Source: an uncultured Clostridia bacterium (GTDB taxonomy: Bacteria; Bacillota; Clostridia; Christensenellales; UBA1242). Taken from it: 64,000 nt of DNA. Positions within the stretch are counted from its first letter, which is position 1. Each line of letters begins with the position of its first letter. The DNA lies in NCBI GenBank assembly GCA_934756675.1, contig CAKVLG010000005.1, positions 24,543-88,542 on the forward strand, written 5' to 3'. Shown in pieces: positions 8,585-17,083 of the stretch. Both the position numbers and the translations under genes were made by a program. The notes beneath the pieces are model-generated. The model was not told where the DNA came from and ran no database searches. It saw only the letters and a program-made list of their open reading frames with translations.

Positions 8585-9598
8585 ATGGAAAACAAATGTG
8601 AAAATTGTGGCGCGCGCATAGCCTTTGACCCTAAAAGTGGAATGCTTAAGTGTGACCATTGCGAAAGTAAATTTTCGATAAAAACTAGCCTTCAAGGCAA
8701 CAGAAAACGTGAGTATACTGGCGAGTTTTCTTCTAGCGGCGAAAATAAAGACATGTTTGGTTATAGATGTGGAATTTGTGGCGCGCAGATTAGTGTTGGC
8801 AGTGGGGAAGAAATAAAACGTTGTCCATCATGCGGCAATGTTTCGCTAACACCTTGTGGTGATTATAGTAAATCTCCAGATGCTATCGTTCCTTTTTCGA
8901 TAACAAGAAAACAGGCTGCGGGTATTTTTAAGGAGTGGATAGCAAAACGTAAGTTTGCCCCTCGTGACCTAAAGGCTATGGCAAGACTCGAAAAGATTTC
9001 GGGATACTATACACCTGTGTATAACTTTTCGTACGATACCTATTGTGATTATTATGGCGTTGCTGTGAAAACTGAAAGAGATTTCGATGGTGAAGAACGC
9101 AGCCATTCATACATTATTAACGATACATTGTATAGACGAATAGACAACATTTTGTATAGTGCAAGCAAAAATGTTACGGACGATTTCTTGAGTAATTTTG
9201 GTGCTTATCCGCTTGATGAAATGAAGACTTTTAGCCCAGAATTTTTGTTTGGTTACACAGCAACAGATGCAAGCCGAGATATTACTAAAGCATATAATCA
9301 AATCGTAAGAGATGAAAAGAATATTAACGAACGTTTGGTTCATAGCCGCATAAGTTCTAAGTATGACTCAATCGATTCGCTCGACTGCAAAACATCGCTA
9401 AAAAATGTTAAGTTTAACTATTTGTATGTTCCAGTTTGGGCAAACCACTATACATATAAAGGCAAAATCTATCACTGTTTTATCAATGGTGCAACGGGCG
9501 CGGTGTGTGGCAAATCGCCTAAATCAATAGGTAAGGTGCTCGCAATTACTTTTGGCGTGCTAGCAGCTGCCGCGGCAATCGTGTTATTATTAATTTAA
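8585..9598 (+). CDS. Double zinc-ribbon protein with a C-terminal transmembrane anchor; function unknown
   Basis: 337 aa. CENCGA...CDHCES and CGICGA...CPSCGN cysteine pairs. The C-terminus (VLAITFGVLAAAAAIVLLLI) is hydrophobic. SD aggtg sits 6 nt upstream. Confidence 0.6.
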   Translation: MENKCENCGARIAFDPKSGMLKCDHCESKFSIKTSLQGNRKREYTGEFSSSGENKDMFGYRCGICGAQISVGSGEEIKRCPSCGNVSLTPCGDYSKSPDAIVPFSITRKQAAGIFKEWIAKRKFAPRDLKAMARLEKISGYYTPVYNFSYDTYCDYYGVAVKTERDFDGEERSHSYIINDTLYRRIDNILYSASKNVTDDFLSNFGAYPLDEMKTFSPEFLFGYTATDASRDITKAYNQIVRDEKNINERLVHSRISSKYDSIDSLDCKTSLKNVKFNYLYVPVWANHYTYKGKIYHCFINGATGAVCGKSPKSIGKVLAITFGVLAAAAAIVLLLI

Positions 9599-9616
9599 TT
9601 ATTTTTGTAAAATGCC

Positions 9617-9645
9617 TTGCAATTTTTTAAAATTTATAGTATATT
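9617..9645 (+). promoter_or_regulatory. Sigma-A-type promoter for tRNA-Ser
   Basis: TTGCAA (9617-22), 17 nt, TATATT (9640-45). The ~20-nt tRNA 5' leader contains the hairpin cagttcc/ggaactg (9650-9668). Confidence 0.55.
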
Positions 9646-9671
9646 AAAACAGTTCCGAGTTGGAACTGTAT

Positions 9672-9759
9672 GGAAGGATGGCTGAGCGGTCGAAAGCGGC
9701 GGTCTTGAAAACCGTTTTAGTGAGAGCTAACTGGGGTTCGAATCCCTATCCTTCCGCCA
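9672..9759 (+). tRNA. tRNA-Ser(UGA): tRNA-Ser (anticodon UGA), class II with a long variable arm and encoded CCA
   Basis: Acceptor GGAAGGA/TCCTTCC, anticodon loop CTTGAAA, variable-arm stem TTAG/CTAA, T-loop GTTCGAATC, 3' GCCA. Confidence 0.95.
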
Positions 9760-9768
9760 ATAGTGAAT

Positions 9769-9811
9769 AATACGAACCCTGACGATAAGTTGGAGTTCGT
9801 ATTGTTTTTTT
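9769..9811 (+). terminator. Intrinsic terminator after tRNA-Ser
   Basis: 9-bp stem aatacgaac/gttcgtatt (9769-77 / 9795-9803) followed by gTTTTTTT. Confidence 0.8.
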
Positions 9812-9862
9812 CTAACGAATATTTCGGCATAAAAGTCGATTTAGACGGCAAAAAAAAGAATC

Positions 9863-9976
9863 AGCCGGGCGCTTCCGCCCGGCTTTAAGTTGACCTTTTT
9901 ATCCGAGTTTAAAGAGTTTGTTTGGCGGGCTTGACCGCGACGCGAAGCGACGCACTTGTATAGTCAAGCACCCGCT
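9863..9976. other. GC-rich structured non-coding island (candidate small RNA or relic); strand unresolved
   Basis: Perfect 9-bp GC hairpin agccgggcg-cttc-cgcccggct (9863-9884). Second composite stem gcgggcttgac / gtcaag(ca)cccgc (9925-35 / 9964-76) enclosing the direct repeat gcgacgc-gaa-gcgacgc. No ORF on either strand. It lies between the tRNA terminator and the next promoter (10031-10059). Confidence 0.3.
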
Positions 9977-10130
9977 AAAGTGCCATTTGAAGTTTTTTCA
10001 GATTTTCTACGTCCGCAAACTTAATAGTGGTTGAAAAATTTAGAAATTTATGCTATAATAATAAACAGGCAAGACAAGTGTGTCAAAATGCATAATTCAG
10101 TTTTGCCAAAAATGTAAAAAGGTTAATTCA

Positions 10131-10643
10131 ATGGAAAAGAAAAATTTTAATCACGGAACTATGGTTGGTGGTATTGTAAGAATTGCAATCGCGTTAATTG
10201 CTGTGCTAATTGCTATTATTGTAATTAGTTCGGGAATCAAGTCATACGACCCTGAAGATAAACTTGGAACAATATTTATGTGCCTAATTGGCGGAATAAT
10301 GATTATTGCGGCAATAGGTTTCATTGGCAACGGAGCAAAAATGATTATCGACGGCAAAAAGTCACTTGAGGTTGCCCATAAAGGTCATTCCGAAAATGGT
10401 AGAATAACAGACTTAACCGAAACGGAAGTGACTGAAAATAATAACGGTTGCGTTTCTAATTACACTATATATAACTTAAAGTTTGAATACACGGACGATT
10501 CCGGCAATTTATGCGAAAGTCAAGAGCAAGTTAGTCAAAAAATTTATGAAAAATTACAACAAATGACGCTTGTTCCTATTCTTGTATACGGTGAACGTGC
10601 AATATTTGATAAAAAAAGATTCGATGACGAAAATAATATGTGA
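10131..10643 (+). CDS. Membrane protein with two N-terminal TM helices and a DUF3592-like beta domain
   Basis: The likely start is the ATG at 10131 (MEKKNFNHG), preceded by aaaaagg. Upstream promoter is TTGAAA-17-TATAAT (10031-10059). Hydrophobic segments are IVRIAIALIAVLIAIIVI and IFMCLIGGIMIIAAIGFI. Confidence 0.55.
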   Translation: MEKKNFNHGTMVGGIVRIAIALIAVLIAIIVISSGIKSYDPEDKLGTIFMCLIGGIMIIAAIGFIGNGAKMIIDGKKSLEVAHKGHSENGRITDLTETEVTENNNGCVSNYTIYNLKFEYTDDSGNLCESQEQVSQKIYEKLQQMTLVPILVYGERAIFDKKRFDDENNM

Positions 10644-10895
10644 TGAATTCACATTTAGATTGGTTAGTGTTGAGTGACTATTATCCGATTTACGTTGCTA
10701 ACTCTCTGCCAAGTAAATAAAAAGAAAAGTCAGATTGATGTTTCTTTTTTGTGCAAAAAATTTGGATCTTGTGGTTCAAAGATATTAATTAATGCGAATG
10801 ATGTGCTAATGTAACGATATTTTCGCTATTTAACGCGATAGTTGGCATTAAGAAGTTAATAAAAAGACTCAGGCAAAGAACAAAAACAAGCAAAA

Positions 10896-10923
10896 TAAAA
10901 ATACCCAAGTTGGGTATTTTTTT
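10896..10923. terminator. Bidirectional terminator
   Basis: aaaaataccca-agt-tgggtattttt, with a flanking A-run and T-run. It overlaps the stop codon of the minus-strand gene. Confidence 0.7.
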
Positions 10924-11218
10924 ATAGCTCAAGTACTGCGGTCATTGTGGCATCTTCACATGCTGCTAGGTAGTGCATAATCAAGTATTCAGCTTCTGCC
11001 ATTTCATCTTCGTTATATTTGCCAGCTTCAATATTTTGCATTATTTCTGTGGCTCTGGCAAAAAGTTTTTCTGGGTTTTTAAGAGTAAGCTTTTCATGAA
11101 GTGATTGTTGGTTTCTGTTACGCATAAGCTTGTTAAATTGTTGCGTTTCTTCTGGTGTGAAAAATGCATCTCTAACTTGTTGAATTTCTTGGTTTACATT
11201 TAATCCTTCTGTTGCCAT
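10922..11218 (-). CDS. Hypothetical small helical protein (98 aa)
   Basis: Good SD (aaggag, 7 nt spacing) and a terminator. No recognisable motif. Confidence 0.5.
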   Translation of the reverse strand: MATEGLNVNQEIQQVRDAFFTPEETQQFNKLMRNRNQQSLHEKLTLKNPEKLFARATEIMQNIEAGKYNEDEMAEAEYLIMHYLAACEDATMTAVLEL

Positions 11219-11328
11219 AATTGTATCTCCTTTTTTGCTCGATTATTCTACCATAAAAAGGTTATTAGTGCAATAGTATTTTTAAAAAAACTCTTTTCTT
11301 TTTTACCATGCTTTGCTATAATATTTTT

Positions 11329-12477
11329 ATGAATAGCGAGATAAAATTTGAAGAGCTAAAAAACAAAAATTGTGACAGTTTTGTCATCATTGATATTCGC
11401 GATGCGACATCGTTTGACTATGGCCATGTGCCAGGCAGTTTAAACATGCCAGAAAACAAAGTTTTAGAAAGGGTAAAACAATTTAAACAACCAAAAGATG
11501 TATACATTTATTGCAAAAGTGGAACCGTGTCTAGACAAGTGGCAGAAGAACTGCGTGATAATGGAATAAACGCTTTTAGCTTATCTGGTGGGTATTTGGC
11601 GTGGCTTAAATCACACATTCACGATAAAGATACCAAAGAGGTCGCTTTGCGCGCGGAAGAGAGTATACGCAAAAAGTTTCACAAACAACTTTTTAGTAAG
11701 TTTGCAAAAGCAATAACAATTTATGATCTAGTTAAACCTGGCGACAAGATTGCCGTATGCATTTCTGGCGGAAAAGATAGTATGCTCATGGCTAAACTTT
11801 TTCAGGAACTAAAAAAACATAATAAGTTTGATTTTGAGCTTGTATTTTTGGTTATGGACCCAGGCTATAGCCCAGCTAACCGCGAGCTGATTGAACACAA
11901 TGCAAAAATTTTGAACATTCCGATAACAATTTTTAATAGCACGATTTTTGAAAATGTGTTTAATATCGAAAAATCGCCATGCTACATTTGTGCGCGTATG
12001 CGTCGTGGGTATTTATATAGCAAGGCAAAGGAACTCGGGTGTAATAAAATCGCGCTTGGGCATCACTTTGACGACGTCATTGAAACGATTTTAATGGGTA
12101 TGCTTTTTGGCGCGCAAGTGCAAACCATGATGCCAAAACTTCATAGTACAAACTTTGAAGGTATGGAACTTATCCGTCCGCTATATTTGATTCGTGAAGA
12201 CGATATAAAAAAGTGGCGCGATTATAACGATTTGTATTTTATTCAATGTGCATGTAAGTTTACAGATAATTGCTCGAGCGAGTCATGTTTGACTGGTGCG
12301 GTAACTGCATCTAAGCGCAAACAAGTAAAAGAACTGATAAAAAACCTAAAACAAAACGACCCACAAATCGAAGATAACATTTTTAGAAGTGTCGAAAATG
12401 TCAACCTTGGAACGATAATTGCCTATAAAGATAAACAAGGAACTAAACACAATTTCCTTGATGATTATGACAAATAA
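11329..12477 (+). CDS. ttcA: Rhodanese domain fused to a TtcA-family PP-loop tRNA thiolase
   Basis: N-terminal ~100 aa rhodanese with active-site loop YCKSGTVS. This is followed by the PP-loop SGGKDS and cysteine motifs CYICARMRRG and IQCACKF. Start chosen at ATG 11329, 6 nt after TGcTATAAT (11314-22). The listed start at 11308 would place the -10 inside the coding sequence. Confidence 0.75.
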   Translation: MNSEIKFEELKNKNCDSFVIIDIRDATSFDYGHVPGSLNMPENKVLERVKQFKQPKDVYIYCKSGTVSRQVAEELRDNGINAFSLSGGYLAWLKSHIHDKDTKEVALRAEESIRKKFHKQLFSKFAKAITIYDLVKPGDKIAVCISGGKDSMLMAKLFQELKKHNKFDFELVFLVMDPGYSPANRELIEHNAKILNIPITIFNSTIFENVFNIEKSPCYICARMRRGYLYSKAKELGCNKIALGHHFDDVIETILMGMLFGAQVQTMMPKLHSTNFEGMELIRPLYLIREDDIKKWRDYNDLYFIQCACKFTDNCSSESCLTGAVTASKRKQVKELIKNLKQNDPQIEDNIFRSVENVNLGTIIAYKDKQGTKHNFLDDYDK

Positions 12478-12509
12478 AAAATCACCATAAATTGGTGGTT
12501 TTTTATTTG

Positions 12510-13217
12510 CTATTTTTTTAGTTTACGCAGTTCGGTTTTAGAAATGGTATCTAGGCGGAAGCTTTCTGTTGCTTTTTGTATTGCTTTGTTTATCACAAAG
12601 TCCGAAAAATTGTAGTTATTTATAATGGTTTTCATAATAGAAACTGCGTTTTGCGGATTTTTAACCAAAATTTCGCAAAGTAGCCACGATATTGCCATGT
12701 TTACATAGTATTTATCGCATTTAATGTTATTTAAAAGCGTAATTAATGGGTAAAAATCATCAGTGATAAAATACTTCATTAGGCAAACTATGCCAAAACG
12801 ACACACAAATTGTGAATTAGACTTAGTTAAGTTTGCAAAATAGTTGTATGATAATTGTTTGTGCTTTTTCACAAAATTAAGGTTACAGCAAATGGTGTCG
12901 GTTTCTGCCCATGTGTCAAATTGCGGAAGTAAATCATCTAGCATAGAAGTCGCTAAAACAAAGTCGCTTTGCTTTGCAATAAAAAAGCCTTTAATAAGCA
13001 CTTCTTCATAAATTTTATTATCGCCAAAAGTTAAAAGGGCAAAATTGTTTTTGTCTATCGATTTTGCAATCTTGCGGAGCACGGGCGTGCGAACGCCAAT
13101 AATCTCTTTTTGGGTGTTAATTATTTTCTTTTGAAAATTAATATAATCTACACCGTCAGATTTTGACCTTAAAAGATTTATCAAGTTATTATAGTCTTGA
13201 ATGGTTTGAATTTTCAT
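12510..13217 (-). CDS. DNA alkylation repair protein (AlkC/AlkD-like HEAT-repeat family)
   Basis: The pattern ...NFQKKIINTQKEIIGVRTPVLRKIAKSI... is typical of the DNA_alkylation family. Start at ATG 13217 (MKIQTIQ), 6 nt after TGcTATAAT (13232-13224, minus strand). Confidence 0.7.
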   Translation of the reverse strand: MKIQTIQDYNNLINLLRSKSDGVDYINFQKKIINTQKEIIGVRTPVLRKIAKSIDKNNFALLTFGDNKIYEEVLIKGFFIAKQSDFVLATSMLDDLLPQFDTWAETDTICCNLNFVKKHKQLSYNYFANLTKSNSQFVCRFGIVCLMKYFITDDFYPLITLLNNIKCDKYYVNMAISWLLCEILVKNPQNAVSIMKTIINNYNFSDFVINKAIQKATESFRLDTISKTELRKLKK

Positions 13218-13295
13218 GAGTGTATTATAGCATGTTGCTTTCAAAACTTTAAACAAATTATTGCTTTTAACAATATTTTTTGCTAAACTTTAGTT
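13218..13295. promoter_or_regulatory. 78-bp divergent promoter region; both genes appear leaderless
   Basis: Plus strand: TTGCTT (13261-66), 17 nt, TGcTAAACT (13281-89), 6 nt, ATG 13296. Minus strand: TGcTATAAT (13232-24), 6 nt, ATG 13217. No SD on either side. Confidence 0.5.
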
Positions 13296-14162
13296 ATGGA
13301 TAAACAGAAATTAATTGAACAGATAAAAAATAATTCTATTTTGTGTGGCATTGCGTCAGATGACGTTGCTTTGGTAAAATCGCTTGTGGAAAACAAGTGT
13401 AAAGATAAGTCATTGTTTGTGACCGAAGGTCTTTGGGCTACCAGCAAGCTTATTCAAAAAGATTTTGAAGTTACTCACTTTTTTTATAATCAAGAGAAAC
13501 TTGAAAGTTTAGACGAGCAAACCTTAGAAAAAATTGCTAGCATGGTAAAGTATGCAAAAAAGACGCTTGCAATAAGCGAAAAGGCGTGCAAAAAAATTAG
13601 TGACCGCGAAGGGTATGACGAATATTTTGTTGTTGCAAAACTAAAATCGTACACATTGTCTGACATCGAAAAAGCGATTAGCGGTAAAGATAATGTAATG
13701 GCAATTGTTATGGACGGATTGGAGCAACCTGGCAACATTGGAGCAATATTGCGTTCGTTTGATTGTGCGGGTGGCGACTTTGCAATTAGCACAAACAGAC
13801 AAGCAAGGTTGTCTAATAGCAGACTTATAAGATCGAGTCTTGGTGCAAGTTTTATGCTTCCAGTTTTAGAAGCTGACATAAAAGAAGTTCAAGACTGGCT
13901 CGTTAAAAACAACTTTAGATGCATTGTAACTGACTTGCAAGCAAAAAAGAGTTACAGGGAAGCAGACTATTCTGGAAGAATTGCTATCATTGCAGGTAAC
14001 GAACATACGGGCATATCAGACTCGTGGCGAAAAGTAAAAAATGCTCAACCAATAATAATACCAATGCTTGGTTCGTGCGAATCACTTAATGTTGGTTTTG
14101 CTTCAACACTTGTGGCGTACGAGGCGGGCTTGCAAAAATTTGGTAATAAAAAAACAAACTAG
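13296..14162 (+). CDS. TrmH/SpoU-family RNA 2'-O-methyltransferase
   Basis: 288 aa. Motifs QPGNIGAILRSFDCAGG, IIAGNEHTGIS and ESLNVGFASTLVAYE. Confidence 0.8.
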   Translation: MDKQKLIEQIKNNSILCGIASDDVALVKSLVENKCKDKSLFVTEGLWATSKLIQKDFEVTHFFYNQEKLESLDEQTLEKIASMVKYAKKTLAISEKACKKISDREGYDEYFVVAKLKSYTLSDIEKAISGKDNVMAIVMDGLEQPGNIGAILRSFDCAGGDFAISTNRQARLSNSRLIRSSLGASFMLPVLEADIKEVQDWLVKNNFRCIVTDLQAKKSYREADYSGRIAIIAGNEHTGISDSWRKVKNAQPIIIPMLGSCESLNVGFASTLVAYEAGLQKFGNKKTN

Positions 14163-15130
14163 GCGTTGCCTAGTTTTTGTTTTTGCAAAATAAAATCTTT
14201 TAGTTTTTCTTTTGGTGATGTGAAAAATCTTACATTGCCATTTTTTTCGTGAATGCACACTAAATACCCAACCATGCATGGTTTGAAACAAGCGTAAAAT
14301 TGTTTAGAATAGGTGCTATCAGCAACAATTGTTTTTACAGAATGTAAATGAAAAATCGAACGAATAACTAGCTTTGTTTTTGAGTTTTTAAGTATCCCTG
14401 CAACGCTTTTATGTATGACTTTTGCATCGTAGCTTGTAATTAATCCGAGCTCACTGTACGATAAATTACAAATAGTTTTTGAGTTTGCGATTTTTGGGTT
14501 GATTTGTTTTATGCCACAAATGTCTGTAAAATTCTCGTATTCGTTAGCTTGCAATGCCTTAGCAATAATGGCTCCCGATACATCGCCGCCACCACGGGTA
14601 AATAGTTTTATACCGCCGTTATAATCAAAATAATAAAAACCCGGAACGACAATTTGTTTGTACTTTTTTATATAATAAATAAGTTGTTTTCGCGTTTTAT
14701 TTTCATCGAGTTTGCCGTTTTGCATAAAAATAACATTTTCCGCTGGAACAAAATGCAAATTTAGCATTTTAGCCATGATTAAACTTGTAAAAAACTCCCC
14801 TCGAGAGATAAACCATTCTGCATTGTAAGTTTTGTTATATGTATCTATTGCTTTATCCACAAGCAATTTTATATTAATTTTTGTTTTGGTTAATTTTTTT
14901 AGAAAAGTTAATTTTCGAACAATAAGACTTTTTATTTGTTTTTTTTGAGGGCTTTTAGCTGAAAGATAATTGATTAATAAATCGGTTAGTTTTGTGTCGT
15001 GGTTATTGCATTTTCCAATGGCACTAAACACTAAAACTTTTCTATTTGGGTGCTTGCAAATCTTATAAACGTTAGAAATTGCGTGAGCAGAGCTTGTGCT
15101 TGTGCCACCAAACTTTGCAACTTTTATCAT
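14159..15130 (-). CDS. Aspartate kinase-like amino-acid kinase (short, 323 aa, no clear tandem ACT domains)
   Basis: N-terminus MIKVAKFGGTS. 4-nt overlap with the upstream asd gene. Confidence 0.6.
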   Translation of the reverse strand: MIKVAKFGGTSTSSAHAISNVYKICKHPNRKVLVFSAIGKCNNHDTKLTDLLINYLSAKSPQKKQIKSLIVRKLTFLKKLTKTKINIKLLVDKAIDTYNKTYNAEWFISRGEFFTSLIMAKMLNLHFVPAENVIFMQNGKLDENKTRKQLIYYIKKYKQIVVPGFYYFDYNGGIKLFTRGGGDVSGAIIAKALQANEYENFTDICGIKQINPKIANSKTICNLSYSELGLITSYDAKVIHKSVAGILKNSKTKLVIRSIFHLHSVKTIVADSTYSKQFYACFKPCMVGYLVCIHEKNGNVRFFTSPKEKLKDFILQKQKLGNA

Positions 15131-16092
15131 AATAATTGCTCCAAGATCTGAACTCCATTTTGCGCGGCGCCTTTGCGTAAATTATCTGAGCAAACAAAAA
15201 TATCAAATGTGTTTTTTTGATAGCTTTGACGAATTCTGCCAACAACAACTTTGTCTTGTTCGCTTGTGAAAAGTGGCATTGGCAGACCATTTTTGGCTAT
15301 GATTACGCCAGGTGTTATTTTTAACAAATGCTTAATAATTGAAAGGCTTGCCGCTTTTTTTGTTTGAAAGTGAATGCTTATCGAGTGCGACACCTTAACT
15401 GGCACGCGTACGCATGTGGCGGCGATTTTGATTTTATCATCGTCTAAAATTTTCTTTGTTTCATAAATCATTTTGTTTTCTTCGGTCGAAATGCCACTTG
15501 GATCGAGTGAACCAATTATTGGGATAAGGTTATTGTTTATTGGGTAGCAAAGTTTTTTTAGTTTAGATTTATCTTTTACATAAAAGTCTTGCAGAGCAAG
15601 TTTGCCCGCGCCGCTAACAGCTTGATATGTTGAATATACAATGTTTTTTAGCCCAAGATTTTTGCTTATTAAGTTTAGTGCTGTACATGCAGCAATTGTA
15701 GAACAGTTCGGGTTGCAAATAAGTTTTTCTTTTTTATTAATTTTGTTGATTTCTGGCACTATAAGTTGATATGTGTGTCTGTAATGTGAAGAAAAATCTA
15801 TGCAATAAATATCTTTTTGCAAAAGTGCTGGCACAAGTTCTTTTGACACATTTTCTTTTGTGCAAAGCATAACAATATCGGGGTTTGTTTGCAAAATGTT
15901 TGGCAGCGTTGCGGTTTGCACAATCTTTATTTTGTGGCAGCAAGAAAGTTTTTTTCCAGCGCTAGAGATTGATGCGAACAAAAAATAATTATGACAGCCT
16001 AAATTTTTCTCTGTCAATATCTTTAGTACCTTTCTACCAACAATGCCAGTAGCTCCAACTATTGCTATATTTTTTTTGATAACTTTTTCCAT
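15127..16092 (-). CDS. asd: Aspartate-semialdehyde dehydrogenase
   Basis: IAIVGATGIVGRK NAD(P)-binding fold and NPNCSTIA active-site cysteine motif. Confidence 0.85.
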   Translation of the reverse strand: MEKVIKKNIAIVGATGIVGRKVLKILTEKNLGCHNYFLFASISSAGKKLSCCHKIKIVQTATLPNILQTNPDIVMLCTKENVSKELVPALLQKDIYCIDFSSHYRHTYQLIVPEINKINKKEKLICNPNCSTIAACTALNLISKNLGLKNIVYSTYQAVSGAGKLALQDFYVKDKSKLKKLCYPINNNLIPIIGSLDPSGISTEENKMIYETKKILDDDKIKIAATCVRVPVKVSHSISIHFQTKKAASLSIIKHLLKITPGVIIAKNGLPMPLFTSEQDKVVVGRIRQSYQKNTFDIFVCSDNLRKGAAQNGVQILEQLL

Positions 16093-16173
16093 ACAATATA
16101 GTTTATGAATAATATTTTTAAATTGGTAAACAAAAGGTGAAAAAATGGAATAATTTAATATTGGAGGCGCAAT

Positions 16174-17076
16174 ATGATTAACGTTGGTGTTGTTGGTATG
16201 GGAAATCTTGGCAAGGCAGTTTGCGAAGAAGTAAAAAGAAATAAAGAGTTTAAACTTGTTGCTAAATTTTCGAAACGCGACTTGCCCGGCTGTGAAGATT
16301 ATAAAAATATAAAAGATTATGCGGGTAAAATAGAATTGCTATTTGTCTGTGGTGGGTCAAAAACAGAACTCGAAAAACAGACAAACTATTTAATTGACAG
16401 CTTTAATATTATAGAAAGTTTTGATAACCACGCAAAAATAAAATCACACATGGAAAAAAGTGACAAGCTTGCAAAAGAATACAAAAAAATTATGCTTTGT
16501 TCGTTTGGGTGGGATCCCGGACTGTTTAGTTTAATGCGTGGATTAATTAGTAGTCTTGGGTTCACTCCATACACGTTTTGGGGGCGTGGACTGAGCCAAG
16601 GGCACACTGAAGCAATAAAAAAACTCCCAGGTGTTGTTGATGCACTGCAGTTCACCATTCCTAATAAAAAAATAATGCAAAAAATTAAACATGGCGAAGA
16701 GATGTCAATTGATAAATCTTTCCACAAGCGTGATTGTTTTATTGTGGCACGCAAGCAAGACCGAAAGCAAATAGAAGAGCAAATAAAAACTATGCCAGAC
16801 TATTTTTGTGGCTATGAAACATCTGTAAATTTTGTTTCGCAAAATGAGCTTGATAAAATGAAAAGCTTTTCTCACCGTGGGACAGTGTTAACTGCAAAAA
16901 ATATTATAAATTTTAGCTTAAATTTGCCAAGTAACCCAGCGTTTACCGCAAAAGTGTTATGCGCTTTTGCAAAAAGCTATAAAAAACTTAAAGAAAATAA
17001 AAATTTTGGTGCGTTTAGTATATTCGACTTGCCACTAGGATATATTTTAGACAAAGAAAAATATTATTATTTATAG
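16174..17076 (+). CDS. ddh: meso-Diaminopimelate D-dehydrogenase
   Basis: 300 aa. VGVVGMGNLGKAV and GWDPGLFSLMR motifs. SD ggagg. Confidence 0.75.
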   Translation: MINVGVVGMGNLGKAVCEEVKRNKEFKLVAKFSKRDLPGCEDYKNIKDYAGKIELLFVCGGSKTELEKQTNYLIDSFNIIESFDNHAKIKSHMEKSDKLAKEYKKIMLCSFGWDPGLFSLMRGLISSLGFTPYTFWGRGLSQGHTEAIKKLPGVVDALQFTIPNKKIMQKIKHGEEMSIDKSFHKRDCFIVARKQDRKQIEEQIKTMPDYFCGYETSVNFVSQNELDKMKSFSHRGTVLTAKNIINFSLNLPSNPAFTAKVLCAFAKSYKKLKENKNFGAFSIFDLPLGYILDKEKYYYL

Positions 17077-17083
17077 GTAATTT

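Noticed and set aside
9872-9879. An 8-nt match (cttccgcc) between the GC hairpin and the 3' end of tRNA-Ser, considered as an att-site remnant of an integrated element.
   Set aside because: An 8-mer is expected by chance about once per strand in 64 kb. No integrase, excisionase or second tRNA-derived repeat is present in the window.
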